Below are positions 20,761-31,435 of a stretch of 64,000 nt of DNA, piece by piece. The DNA lies in contig CM000433.1 of NCBI GenBank assembly GCA_000165345.1, positions 1 through 64,000 on the forward strand, written 5' to 3'. The notes under the pieces are model-generated. The model had not been told where the DNA came from. It was given only the letters and a program-made list of their open reading frames with translations, and made no database searches. The number at the start of each line of letters is the position of its first letter. The stretch's first letter is position 1. A program made the position numbers and the translations under genes.

Positions 20761-23700
20761 TTATCCCGTGAACTTCATACCCGCAGATATTGACTGAATT
20801 GAAATTTTGAGAGCATTTTCGATTTTGCTTAATTCTATCTCATTAATTTCGCTACTATTTACTGAAGAGCATAGAATTTTTCTCCTGCGATTGATGCATT
20901 CAATTTGGACAAGGTGACAAGGAGCTAACCAAGAAAATCTAAGTAAAATAGCTTTTCTAGTGACAAAATCAGAATCCAAGAGTTGTTTTTCCTTAGTTAC
21001 TTCCATAACCAGTTTAATAGTATCCTTTAGTTTTGATATTAGAAGATCTCCAATTTTTTGTAAATCAGGAGGAGCTAAGATACGATTATATAACTCAAAG
21101 ATATGAACATCAGCTTTTAATAAAATCATGGATACTAAGTCGAAAAAACTCTTCACAAATGGCCAATTTTCGTACATTTCTGTTACTAAATTTAGTTTGT
21201 TCTGCTTTTTCATTTCTTCCAATGCTGCACTTAATCCCAACCATACTGGTAAATGAGACCTAATTTGTGTCCAAGCAAATACCCATGGGATTGCTCTTAA
21301 AGTTTCAATACCACCAGATTTTCTCTTTGAAGGTCTACTTCCTAAGTTAAGTTCACTAATCTCTTTTTCAGGCGTAACACTTCTAAAATAAGCAACAAAT
21401 TCATCAGAGGTGAAATCTGAGTTTCCTTCTCCAAAAACAATCTTTCTGTACTCTTTCATTGAAATATCACTCATTTGATCAAGTAATTCTCTCCAAGATT
21501 CTTTAACTTTTGTTCCATATCCAAGGTTACCATTTGGCTCACATTGATTGTTATTTGGAATATCTAAAGCAGTAATTCTGGATTCCAAAATTGCTGAACA
21601 GTAAATCTCCCAAGTTTTGAATGCTATTTCTGAAAGACCAAAGGATTGAGTGATTGCTTCTCCTTGAACTGTGATTCTCATCAAGGATGTGATTGTATTT
21701 GGAGGCTGACTTAATATGGCTAAATGCTGAGGTCCACCTCCTCTTCCAATGCTACCTCCTCTTCCATGGAAGAATACCATTTCTACGCCAAACCTTCTAG
21801 CAATGTTTGAAAGTCTTTCTTGAGCATTATAAAGCTGCCATCCTGAAGTTAATCTCCCTCCATCTTTACTGCTGTCTGAGTATCCAATCATTACTTCTAC
21901 TATACCTCCGTCTACTGTCTTAACATAATTTAAATACCATTCATTTGATAAAAGTGTTTCTAAAGTCTTTTCTGCATTGTTAAGTGCTTCAACGGTTTCT
22001 AATAGAGGTACAACTCTCATTCTCTTTGATGCAATAGAAGATAAAATAGCAGCTGAAGATTTTGGAGAATCATTAATACTTGGAGAAATACCTCCATTTT
22101 GTCTTGAATCATTATTATCGACATTAGATACTTCAACATTGACTACCCCATTTGAATTGCAATTACTGGAAATACTTGAGCTTCTTCTTTTAATAAACTT
22201 ATTAAGATCATGGATTTCCGCATGGAATTCACTATCAGCACTAATTGTGGAGAAGTATTCTTTTTGGAAAACATGAACGCAAAGTATATCAGAAGGTTTC
22301 ATACACATTGAAATGATATATGATCCCAAAGCCTCGGCACCAAGATGAGAGCACTCATAGAAAGTATCTAGAATCTCGGTGGTTTCCTTTGACCAATTTA
22401 GTCTGTAAGGGATTAGAGGTCTTTTGGATTTAAGACAATTTAAGAGGAATTCTTGTTTTTCCTCTTCAGAAAACTCAGAATAATTGCCAATTTCAAGATA
22501 ATTACAAATCTCATCCATTGCCTTCTCGTGCTTAGATGCTTCCTGACGAATATCCAATCTCATGAAGGAGAGTCCAAATGCAGAAATTTGTCTGATTACA
22601 TCCAAAAGCAGCCCTCTTCCAAGCTTTGCAGAAACTGACCCAGATTCACTAATCCATGGAACTGAAATATTTGTTCCAGGAAGATGGCCATCTTCAAAAT
22701 TGGTTTTAATTTCATGATCATAATCTTCCAAAGCATTATACATGAGAATTAGCGGCTCAAGAATCTGTTCTGTTGAGTGGTATGCTAATGCCCTTCTAGT
22801 CTCAGAATTAACAGAGTGCCCAAAATTTAATGCATCCAAATAATAGTCTCTACTTGCAATAAGACGAATACGTACGTGATGTAAAATCCTTCTGTAAAGC
22901 TCATACTCAGGAATGAATCCCATGAAAGGACGTAATCCTACTGTTGCATCGCTAGTAGTACATCCTGAATTATTCAAAGTATCACAAGAAGATACAGGTC
23001 TAATATAGAATTCTATATCTGGAAGATTATCCACGTATTCTCTTAACTTTTCATGTGAAGAAATAATTGGGATTTCATACATCAGATCTTCAATCTTGTG
23101 TAGAAATAGGTTGCATGCTCTAAGTCTCATATTAATTACTGATAATCTAGTTACTTTTGCTGTAACATATGGGTTTCCATCTCTATCTCCACCAACCCAA
23201 GATGAATACTTGAATAGTGTTTTTGTTGGTGGCAATGGATCCATTCCAAATTCATTCAAAATTTCATCAATTTTTCTAAGAAATGTTGGTAGAGTACTAA
23301 AAACTGTCTCCTCAATAGTATTTATAGTATTCTGAACTTCATCTAAAGGAGTTGGTCTTGCTCTTCTTAAAGTATCTACATTCCATAACATAGCCATGGC
23401 TCTTTGGAGCTCATACTTTGCATTATTAATCTCAAATGGAGTTAAGTCATCTCTATCTAGGTATATCATTATCTCCCCTATCTTTTGGCAACATTTTATT
23501 ACAGATATTCTTTGAGCCTGCGTTGGATGTGCTGTTACAACCAAATCAACTTCCTGTTCACAAATTAACTTATAGATATGTTCTTTGCTGAAACCAGCCT
23601 GGAGAAGCTTCTTAATAGTAACTCTAAGAGAATGAGCAAATATTATATCTGAATCTGGACTTTGATTATTTTTTGAAAAAATTTGGGATTCACTTAAAAT

Positions 23701-24207
23701 TGAGGGGATTTCACGCTCAAATTGTCTGCATTGACGTATTCTTTGAGCAGATTCTGCATAGTTCGTAATCATACACATTTGATTAAATAGAGACACTACC
23801 AAAGTGAGCATTCCACTATCTAGATGTTTGATTCTTTCCCATAGCTGATTTAATGATGAAGAATCCTCATTTTCTGCAAAATTCATTGACAACTTAAGAA
23901 TATCAAAAATCTTCCTAACGCCATCATTACTTGGGCTCAAAACTCCTTCATCTATATTATTCTTCTGCTTATTGCCATGCAAGATATATTTTCTAGAGCT
24001 TCTCCAATGTGAGGTTACTAATCCAAACATATGTAGTTCTAAAGCTTTGATATCTTCGTCCAAAGGTTCGTTCAATTTATTCAAAATTACATCCTTTTCA
24101 GATACTATTTTTTGAGGCTTTTCTAAAAAGGTGCAAAATTCTTTCTTAAAACCTACAGGAAATAACCTACTTTCCTTTATCTCATTATCATTGTTTGAAA
24201 TAGACAT
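20761..24207 (-). CDS. Phosphoenolpyruvate carboxylase (1148 aa).
   Basis: Contains the PEPC active-site signatures VVTAHPTQAQR and FHGRGGSIGRGGGP. The conserved C-terminal block is present (IPWVFAWTQIRSHLPVWLG ... MKFTG, ending in Gly). The length is typical for PEPC. Confidence 0.9.
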   Translation of the reverse strand: MSISNNDNEIKESRLFPVGFKKEFCTFLEKPQKIVSEKDVILNKLNEPLDEDIKALELHMFGLVTSHWRSSRKYILHGNKQKNNIDEGVLSPSNDGVRKIFDILKLSMNFAENEDSSSLNQLWERIKHLDSGMLTLVVSLFNQMCMITNYAESAQRIRQCRQFEREIPSILSESQIFSKNNQSPDSDIIFAHSLRVTIKKLLQAGFSKEHIYKLICEQEVDLVVTAHPTQAQRISVIKCCQKIGEIMIYLDRDDLTPFEINNAKYELQRAMAMLWNVDTLRRARPTPLDEVQNTINTIEETVFSTLPTFLRKIDEILNEFGMDPLPPTKTLFKYSSWVGGDRDGNPYVTAKVTRLSVINMRLRACNLFLHKIEDLMYEIPIISSHEKLREYVDNLPDIEFYIRPVSSCDTLNNSGCTTSDATVGLRPFMGFIPEYELYRRILHHVRIRLIASRDYYLDALNFGHSVNSETRRALAYHSTEQILEPLILMYNALEDYDHEIKTNFEDGHLPGTNISVPWISESGSVSAKLGRGLLLDVIRQISAFGLSFMRLDIRQEASKHEKAMDEICNYLEIGNYSEFSEEEKQEFLLNCLKSKRPLIPYRLNWSKETTEILDTFYECSHLGAEALGSYIISMCMKPSDILCVHVFQKEYFSTISADSEFHAEIHDLNKFIKRRSSSISSNCNSNGVVNVEVSNVDNNDSRQNGGISPSINDSPKSSAAILSSIASKRMRVVPLLETVEALNNAEKTLETLLSNEWYLNYVKTVDGGIVEVMIGYSDSSKDGGRLTSGWQLYNAQERLSNIARRFGVEMVFFHGRGGSIGRGGGPQHLAILSQPPNTITSLMRITVQGEAITQSFGLSEIAFKTWEIYCSAILESRITALDIPNNNQCEPNGNLGYGTKVKESWRELLDQMSDISMKEYRKIVFGEGNSDFTSDEFVAYFRSVTPEKEISELNLGSRPSKRKSGGIETLRAIPWVFAWTQIRSHLPVWLGLSAALEEMKKQNKLNLVTEMYENWPFVKSFFDLVSMILLKADVHIFELYNRILAPPDLQKIGDLLISKLKDTIKLVMEVTKEKQLLDSDFVTRKAILLRFSWLAPCHLVQIECINRRRKILCSSVNSSEINEIELSKIENALKISIQSISAGMKFTG

Positions 24208-24558
24208 GTTCGATTAAGATTAATTTTCGCAATTATTTGTAAGTTCCTTGCTAATAAATCAGAATAATCTAGAAAAAAAAAGACAAAATTTGTTTAACTT
24301 CAACCTTTAATTCTCTGTATATTTCTCTCCAATATTTTTCGTATCTTTAAATAAAAAGTTACTCTAAAGTTAGTAACTTTTCTCTATCCTATATTGAAAT
24401 CTATTGATTGTTTTCCACCTTTAATTATCTTTCTTTCCAAAAATATCTTTGTGTGCCAATAATTTTTATGAAATATCCCCCTAATCTAATTTAACGGGAA
24501 TTTTCTGCAATTTTTGCTCGCCTAAACAAAAAATATTAGTTATACGAAAACTTCGGTA

Positions 24559-24571
24559 TTTTCCCGCCAAA
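24559..24571. promoter_or_regulatory. E2F-like site TTTTCCCGCCAAA, about 350 bp upstream of the PEPC start.
   Basis: Exact match to the canonical E2F consensus TTTSSCGC extended with CAAA. It is an isolated GC island in an AT-rich spacer. Confidence 0.4.
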
Positions 24572-25929
24572 CACACATGAACATTTTTAGATACTTAAAA
24601 TAATGTAAAAAATTGCAAAAAAAAAAAAAAAAATTCTTTAAATTGTAAAAATTGCTTAAACTGCTTTTGTACTCTCATTTTCACTAGTATAGTTTTTTAT
24701 TTGCAGTTTGAGAACTGTTATTAAAACTAATTTTATAATAGGTTTTTGTAATGCAAAAGTTACTATTTAATAATGGCTATTAGACTGCTTTCTTTTTTAA
24801 ACTTGTAGAATATAGGATATAGAAATTTATTATATTTTCAAAAGTCAAATTAATCTTTTTTAAATATTTCTTTTATATTCACATATTCTTCGTATTACCT
24901 ATTCTTCTTTCGGTTAAGAATTGAAATCAAGAAATAATAATGCATTTCAACTTTTATAATGCAAACAGATGTTTATGTTTCACATACACAAAATTAACAA
25001 ATAGCAAACTACAGTAAAAAAGCCAATAATATATGAAATTGTTATCAACCTACATTAATATGTAAGCTGATTCCAATTCTTGAAATGATATAGTAACTAC
25101 TATATACCTTCAAAGCTAGGAAAGTTCATACAACATGCTTCATATATGTATGTGTACATACTTGTATTTATGAATAAATTCAATTCTTGGATGTAAGCAC
25201 GTAACAATGTTGTACATATGCATGAAAATGACTTATTTAAATATGGCATTTAAAAACAACGATACCTGAGGCAGTGAGAAACTAAAGAAGTCTTGGAACC
25301 GGATGATTCTCTATATCTCAATAACCTATTCTTCACTTTGCTTTGCTGAGTTAATTTTATTCAAAACTCTTGATTAAGTGGAGAGAGAAAAATAGTATTA
25401 GAAATGCTCATCAATTTTTGCTCGTAATCCAGATTGTTTTATAAAGTAAGAATCTGGGTACTAACATACAGCAAACAACTTTGAGAGCGTGAACTGAAAG
25501 CCTGAAAGTTACAGCATTTATATATATATATATATATATAAAGTAGTCTATCCACCCAAAGGAGCTTGGTTATAATTTTCAAAAGAAGCTATTGGCCTGG
25601 ACTCTGATTCCTGAGATTCTAAAGTTTCTTATTCGGACGGTAATATTAAACGTAAACTTTTGGTTGTCAGATTGGTTATTTCACGAAACTCATTCATAAA
25701 CGGCATTCAATAAAATTTAAATATATTACAAATATGCACAAAACGTACGCCTTAAGAAGAAAAATGCTTGAAAAGTTTGATTTAAAAGATGAACATAGGG
25801 CTATCATTCCAAGTTACTGATATAGTAAAAGCTCCATAAAACTGTTCTTGGTATTTTAATATTTTAAGAAATGTTTTAATTAAATTATTCAAATTATTAT
25901 CATGTTGTTGACAGAATTCTAAAATTAAA

Positions 25930-27405
25930 TTATATCAACTTAATTTTTTTAATCCCTATACACTCAATTTCATTATCTTCAAAATCAAAATCTAATATAT
26001 TTTCAAAGTCTAGAATTTGAAGATTGGAATGTTCTTCTATTTCTCTTTGTTCAAGCTCATCATCTCTGACTTTTTCTAAATCTTGATTAATTTCTTCCAT
26101 ACAAGGTTGCTTATCATTGGGAATTCCTCCAATTTCATTGATTAGCTTAATATATTCAAATTGATGATGGTTATATTCCACAAATTCATTTTGGCTAATT
26201 AAAATTTTATTTTGCTGCTCTTTATTACACAACTCACTACTCTCATAATCCACGTTTTCATTTTCACAATTTTCTCTTAATAAATTTATTTCGCTTGACT
26301 CTTTATTCAAATTTAAAAGAGAATTTATAAGTGGAATCTCTGTAAATGCCTTCTCTTGGCAATATTTTGTCTTACTTTGATAAATAAACTTAAGAATTAT
26401 ACAGTAAATATATTTTAGCTCTTCTTTTGAAATAATCTGAAACAAAGACTTAGCATTCTGTTTTTGCTCATGATTTTTTTGATTTTCAATCAGTATTTCT
26501 AAATTTGACTCCGTATTGTAACCAAAAAATTTAAGATTCTCATTATCAAAAGCCTCCTCTTTACAGATTCTATTTTGATATTCCTTAATCTCTGAAATTA
26601 AGATTTCTTGTATTTTTGACATTTGTTTACATTCTTTTAAATGACTTCCTTGAAAATCTGAAATAATCTGTGTATTTTTGTTTTTTTCATTACAATCAAT
26701 TTTGTGTTCATACTCTTCAAGTTCTGGCTTGATCTCGTTTTCTTGGGAGTAATACTCTTGATTATAATCCTGAACTTGATGATTAAAAGTATTTTCAGAT
26801 TCTTTTAGAGATAAAGAAGTCTCATTTTCATTTATTTCATTTAAAAAGTTATTTGAATTTAAATATTGTTGGTAATAGTAATAGAAACTATGGAAAATTC
26901 CATTATTGAAGAATCCACAAAATCTCCCATATTTATCATAATAGTTCCCATTATGATATCTTTCTTTAAAAATTAAATATTTATATTTATTTGTATTTAA
27001 ATTTATATTTTGGTTTATTTCATTTTCTTTATTTTGAAATTCGGAACTTTCAAAACTTAAACAGTCATATTCACTTTCACTATCACCTTGATTGTGATTT
27101 GAAAGTTGCTTAACAAAGTTTGGAATATCATATAGCATTGAGCAAATCATTTTTTTGTCTTTGCTTATTTCATTTGAGATTTTTTTAGTCTCTAAATGAT
27201 CAAGAACTTCTGTATTTTTCTGAAAATTATTAATCATTTCTTCCAGATAGATCATATTTCTTTCAGTCTCAATTCTATCAAAGTAATGAGCTTTTTTTAT
27301 TGCGGAATCTACTTCTGGATAATTAAATTCATTTGAATATTCATTAAAGATTAATGAATCTGTAGAATTTTCAGGCTTATCAATTTTATTGTAGAGTTCA
27401 GACAT
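25930..27405 (-). CDS. Hypothetical acidic Asn/Glu-rich protein (491 aa), no recognisable domain.
   Basis: A long ORF in an otherwise gene-dense region. Composition is strongly biased (N, E, K, I). Coding status rests only on ORF length. Confidence 0.4.
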   Translation of the reverse strand: MSELYNKIDKPENSTDSLIFNEYSNEFNYPEVDSAIKKAHYFDRIETERNMIYLEEMINNFQKNTEVLDHLETKKISNEISKDKKMICSMLYDIPNFVKQLSNHNQGDSESEYDCLSFESSEFQNKENEINQNINLNTNKYKYLIFKERYHNGNYYDKYGRFCGFFNNGIFHSFYYYYQQYLNSNNFLNEINENETSLSLKESENTFNHQVQDYNQEYYSQENEIKPELEEYEHKIDCNEKNKNTQIISDFQGSHLKECKQMSKIQEILISEIKEYQNRICKEEAFDNENLKFFGYNTESNLEILIENQKNHEQKQNAKSLFQIISKEELKYIYCIILKFIYQSKTKYCQEKAFTEIPLINSLLNLNKESSEINLLRENCENENVDYESSELCNKEQQNKILISQNEFVEYNHHQFEYIKLINEIGGIPNDKQPCMEEINQDLEKVRDDELEQREIEEHSNLQILDFENILDFDFEDNEIECIGIKKIKLI

Positions 27406-27954
27406 ATTAAGGATTTTATTTTAACAATTTTGATTTTGATTACCACTTTATTCTTCTAAAGCTAGAGATAAATATTATTTTAATAGCTACTTCTTCTCTT
27501 TAATAACATTGATTTGTTATTAGTTAAATTTTGAGTGCTGGGTCTATTTATATATTTAGTTTTTATTTTTTTAAAAATAATTTATCATTTATGGTAGAAC
27601 TTGAATAATAGTTATTAATGAAATATTGATTTTCAATAGGATATCTATTTATATTTTCTCCATTAGATTTGGATAGAGGAAAATGAAAATATTAAGGTAT
27701 TATCATTTGATTATAATTGAAGTAATATTTCATTTGTTGTATTCAGTCTTTCCCTACTTTTGAGTAGTAGGTATAGATTAATACAAAAAATTCCCCTTTA
27801 CCCTCAAAATTTACTTAGTTTGTACCCTATTTGTGATCCATGTATTATAAATGTTTCAAATTACACGTAATTATTTAATTTTTGAATAATTTTGATTTTC
27901 GGTACTCGATTCCAATATTAAATTAACTTAAAACTGTATATTTTAATAAAATAG

Positions 27955-28020
27955 TAGTAATATTAATATTAGTAATAATAATAGTAATAATAGTAATAAT
28001 AATAATAATACTAATGGTTG
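27955..28020. repeat. (TAATAG/TAA)n microsatellite in an intergenic spacer.
   Basis: gtaataatagtaataatagtaataataataataatactaat is visible at about 27960-28010. Confidence 0.7.
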
Positions 28021-28928
28021 CAATAATTATAGAAGTATTAATGTCTCAATAACTTTTATTATTATTGATAGTTTTTTTCCTAAAATGATAACTTTGGAAG
28101 CTATTAGACTATTTATTACGCCTTAAAATTGTTTGGTTTTGATTATAATTAAACTGAATTAACTACTTAGTACACAAATATCCTTTTAAAAAAATAGATC
28201 TTTCATGATAAGATCCTTGCAACGATTCTATCACCAAAATCCGTTTCCCCGCATTTTAGTAAATTATCCCTTGGATTTCAGGAAAACTTTGAACTTTTTT
28301 TTTTTAAAAAAAAAGTAGCAGAGAGCCGATATGGAAGACATAGTTAATATTCTTAACTATTATGAGCGATTATAAGTAGATGAAGTGAAAGGAAAATTGG
28401 AAACTTGGAATTTTACCAATTGACGTTGGAGTAACTCATTATCTAAAGTTTAGCAGCTTAAGTTAAGTTTTGACAAGAAACAGTATATTTAAATATATTA
28501 TTGCATTAGTTTCTAAATTAGAATAGTATCCACTTAATTTATTGAAGAGTTTTGTTTTTTTTTTAATTATACAAACAAGGAGAAATAATTGTTTAAGTTT
28601 TTTTCATAATTATTTCTTTATTAGACTACTCTAACCAGATTTCTAATATGGTATTTTTATTTGGAAGCAGAATAATAGTTGTTTTAGGTTAGTATAGTTT
28701 TCACACAGTAAGATGTAGGTAAATAAGAGACTAGTAGTAAAAGTTAGGGTATTTGAGCGTATTTGAAGATGTTTTACATTAATTAAATATATTTGATATC
28801 TTAGAGAATATTTTATGGAGTAAAAAAAAGAGAGTAAGTTTTTGGTATAATTTCTTGGTAACTAAATAATTTTCTTTTTTTGAATTAAAAATTAATGCAT
28901 GCAGAAGATGAGGGCCATAAGACGGAGG

Positions 28929-28974
28929 TTGGCGCTGGCGCCCATATGTGGAATTATTTTCACAAAATTGGCGG
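28929..28974. promoter_or_regulatory. Double site TTGGCGCTGGCGCCCA plus a downstream TTGGCGG, about 70-115 bp upstream of the 29045 gene.
   Basis: Tandem GGCGC/GGCGCC cores form the densest GC island in the 1.6-kb spacer. Confidence 0.4.
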
Positions 28975-29044
28975 ATGCAATAAAACAGTTTGACTTAAAA
29001 GGTTGAAAGAAAAGTTAGTTATAGAGGAAGTCTGAAAGAATCTT

Positions 29045-30838
29045 TTGAACATGCTACAAAATGTATTAGAGAATGAATCTGAGCAGGCAGATAAAACTTT
29101 GTCTTCATGTCCAATTTCACAAGAAGGAAAAAATCCCAGCTCCTTATATTCTATCTCACTATTATTAATAATAGGTTTGGCATTGAAAAAGAATGGTGAG
29201 AACGAGACTTTGGGCTCTGGAGTGGCTATAGATGATCAATACAAGAAGGAGATTTTGTCTTTATTACTTGAATCCCGTCCAGCTATTGTGGAATCAGCTG
29301 AATCTACGAAACCATTTGGTGGGAGATTTGGGGCCACAGGGTTTGGCTCGAGAGGAGGTAGAGGTGGTCAAAGAGGCCGAGTTTTTTCCGGACAGATAGG
29401 TAGTACTGGTAGGAGAAGCATAATAAGACAGCCAAACGAGAACTTGTGGGATATGCCTTGTTCTGAAATGACTAGTATGACATTGGGGGATATTAGGGAA
29501 GCAGAAAATAAGATGAAGGCAGAAGACTTGACTTTAGATCAATATGTAGAGAGACAAAAGGAGTCTAATGATAGGAAGCCATCATCTTTTTCTCAATCTA
29601 ATCAGAAGAAGAATTTTGTTTCAATTCCTATTTCTGGTGAAACTCCAATAAATGTTAGTAATACATTTTCTTTAAATAATGGTTCTGTCAAGGATTATCA
29701 GATCCAAATTTCAAGTAATGTTAATGGAAATTTTCATAATAATTCAGGTCAATCTAATAATCAATATGGCCGACACCACAATAACCATAACAACCAACTA
29801 CATAATAGAGATAGTTTTATGAATAGACTTGGTCAAAGTGGTATGCTAAATTCTCATAATAATACAAACAGCCATCAGAACAGTACTACTAATGAAGCTG
29901 ATAATTCTGTTACTTTGAAAAGCGGATTGATTGGAGGCGAAAAGACACAATCTTCATCAGTTTTTTCTACGAATATTAATAATAGGAAGTCATCATCAAT
30001 CTCAGAGACTTTTTTAAGTGGCCCGGCTAATCTTTCATTGTTTGATGTGAATACCCCTATTTTTGATGATGACAATAATGATGCTGTAGTAGATTTTAGA
30101 CCTCCGATGATTAAGAATGCAAATACAGTTAGAAATGGTTTTGAGGAAAGCGGCAAAAGTAAGGGTATTTCAGGACAACTAGTTCGAGGACAAACTCAGT
30201 TTGAAAATGGTATACAGGTGTCTGCTTCTAATTTTAGTTGGTCAAATAGAAATGGAAATACTGAGGAAGTTGATAAGAGTATTAGTAACAACATTTCAGA
30301 CAACTCAACTTCATTTCCTGCTCTCTCAAAGAATTCACAATTTAGTCAATCTCAAGTTAAAACACAAAATAATAACCACTCTCTTATGTCATCTGAACAA
30401 AGTATTCTACAGAAGCTCCATGCTGCTGGAATAGCATCTAAATTAGCAGATAAGAATATAATCGACAATATTGATAATCGCAATTTAAATCATAATAATT
30501 ACTTTGAATCGAAATTTAAACAAAACATTTCAAATACAAATGAGTATCCACCTCTCTCATCTGCTTCAAATATGGTTTCCTCTTCTCTTTCTTATGATTC
30601 TAACAACTTAAAGTTTAATAACCAGCTAAAATCTAATGATGCTGGTAGGCTTTTAATGTCTATTATAGGCGCAGGACAACAAAATAATAACAATAATAAA
30701 AACTATGTTTCTAACTTTAACGTCCGTAACAACACTCATCGTATTCATACTCACAATACTCACAACTCTCACAACAGTAACCATCATAATAATGTAAGCC
30801 ATCACAGTGGCCATATAGGTAACTTTTCAAGATACTAA
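29045..30838 (+). CDS. Hypothetical protein with an RGG-box-like segment and a long Asn/Ser/His-rich low-complexity tail (597 aa).
   Basis: Contains FGGRFGATGFGSRGGRGGQRGR (RGG/RG motif, an RNA-binding-like feature). The remainder is N/S/Q/H-rich. GGCGCC-containing islands lie about 100 bp upstream. Confidence 0.45.
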   Translation: MNMLQNVLENESEQADKTLSSCPISQEGKNPSSLYSISLLLIIGLALKKNGENETLGSGVAIDDQYKKEILSLLLESRPAIVESAESTKPFGGRFGATGFGSRGGRGGQRGRVFSGQIGSTGRRSIIRQPNENLWDMPCSEMTSMTLGDIREAENKMKAEDLTLDQYVERQKESNDRKPSSFSQSNQKKNFVSIPISGETPINVSNTFSLNNGSVKDYQIQISSNVNGNFHNNSGQSNNQYGRHHNNHNNQLHNRDSFMNRLGQSGMLNSHNNTNSHQNSTTNEADNSVTLKSGLIGGEKTQSSSVFSTNINNRKSSSISETFLSGPANLSLFDVNTPIFDDDNNDAVVDFRPPMIKNANTVRNGFEESGKSKGISGQLVRGQTQFENGIQVSASNFSWSNRNGNTEEVDKSISNNISDNSTSFPALSKNSQFSQSQVKTQNNNHSLMSSEQSILQKLHAAGIASKLADKNIIDNIDNRNLNHNNYFESKFKQNISNTNEYPPLSSASNMVSSSLSYDSNNLKFNNQLKSNDAGRLLMSIIGAGQQNNNNNKNYVSNFNVRNNTHRIHTHNTHNSHNSNHHNNVSHHSGHIGNFSRY

Positions 30839-31435
30839 ATTCATATTATAATTACTATTCTAAAGAAGAGTTTTGATTAATTATAGCTCATTGGATTATT
30901 CATATTATTCTTTATAATATTAATTAGGTATTTAACTTCTATTTTTTTATAATTTTTTCATTATTTTTGAATTTTTTTCCTTCTTATGTAGATAAATAGA
31001 TTGGCGCGCGTTGCATTAACATTTTATTATTGGTACCTTCGGTACCGCTTATGATATTAATAAGAAAAGAAAATAATCAAGAATTGACGTGCTTGGGAAA
31101 GGAAGATAGATTAATAAGAAACTCATTAATTTTTGAAGTTATTGATATAACTAGATAGTTTCTTTGAAGTAAATGGATTATTGAAGGATAATAAAGTATC
31201 TTTAGCATATATATGAGTTTCGGAAGGCTATTTTTATAGTAGGCATTTGGAATTTAATATTAGAGAATACTTAACATCAGTGCTCACTAGAGTTATCTAA
31301 TAAATAAATAGATAGTTTAAAATAGCAGAATATTGTCATTGGTTATTTAACTAATTTACAAATCTTTATATATATTTATATATATTTATATACTTAAAGG
31401 TAAATGCGAAAATATATTGCTTAAACCTATTAGTT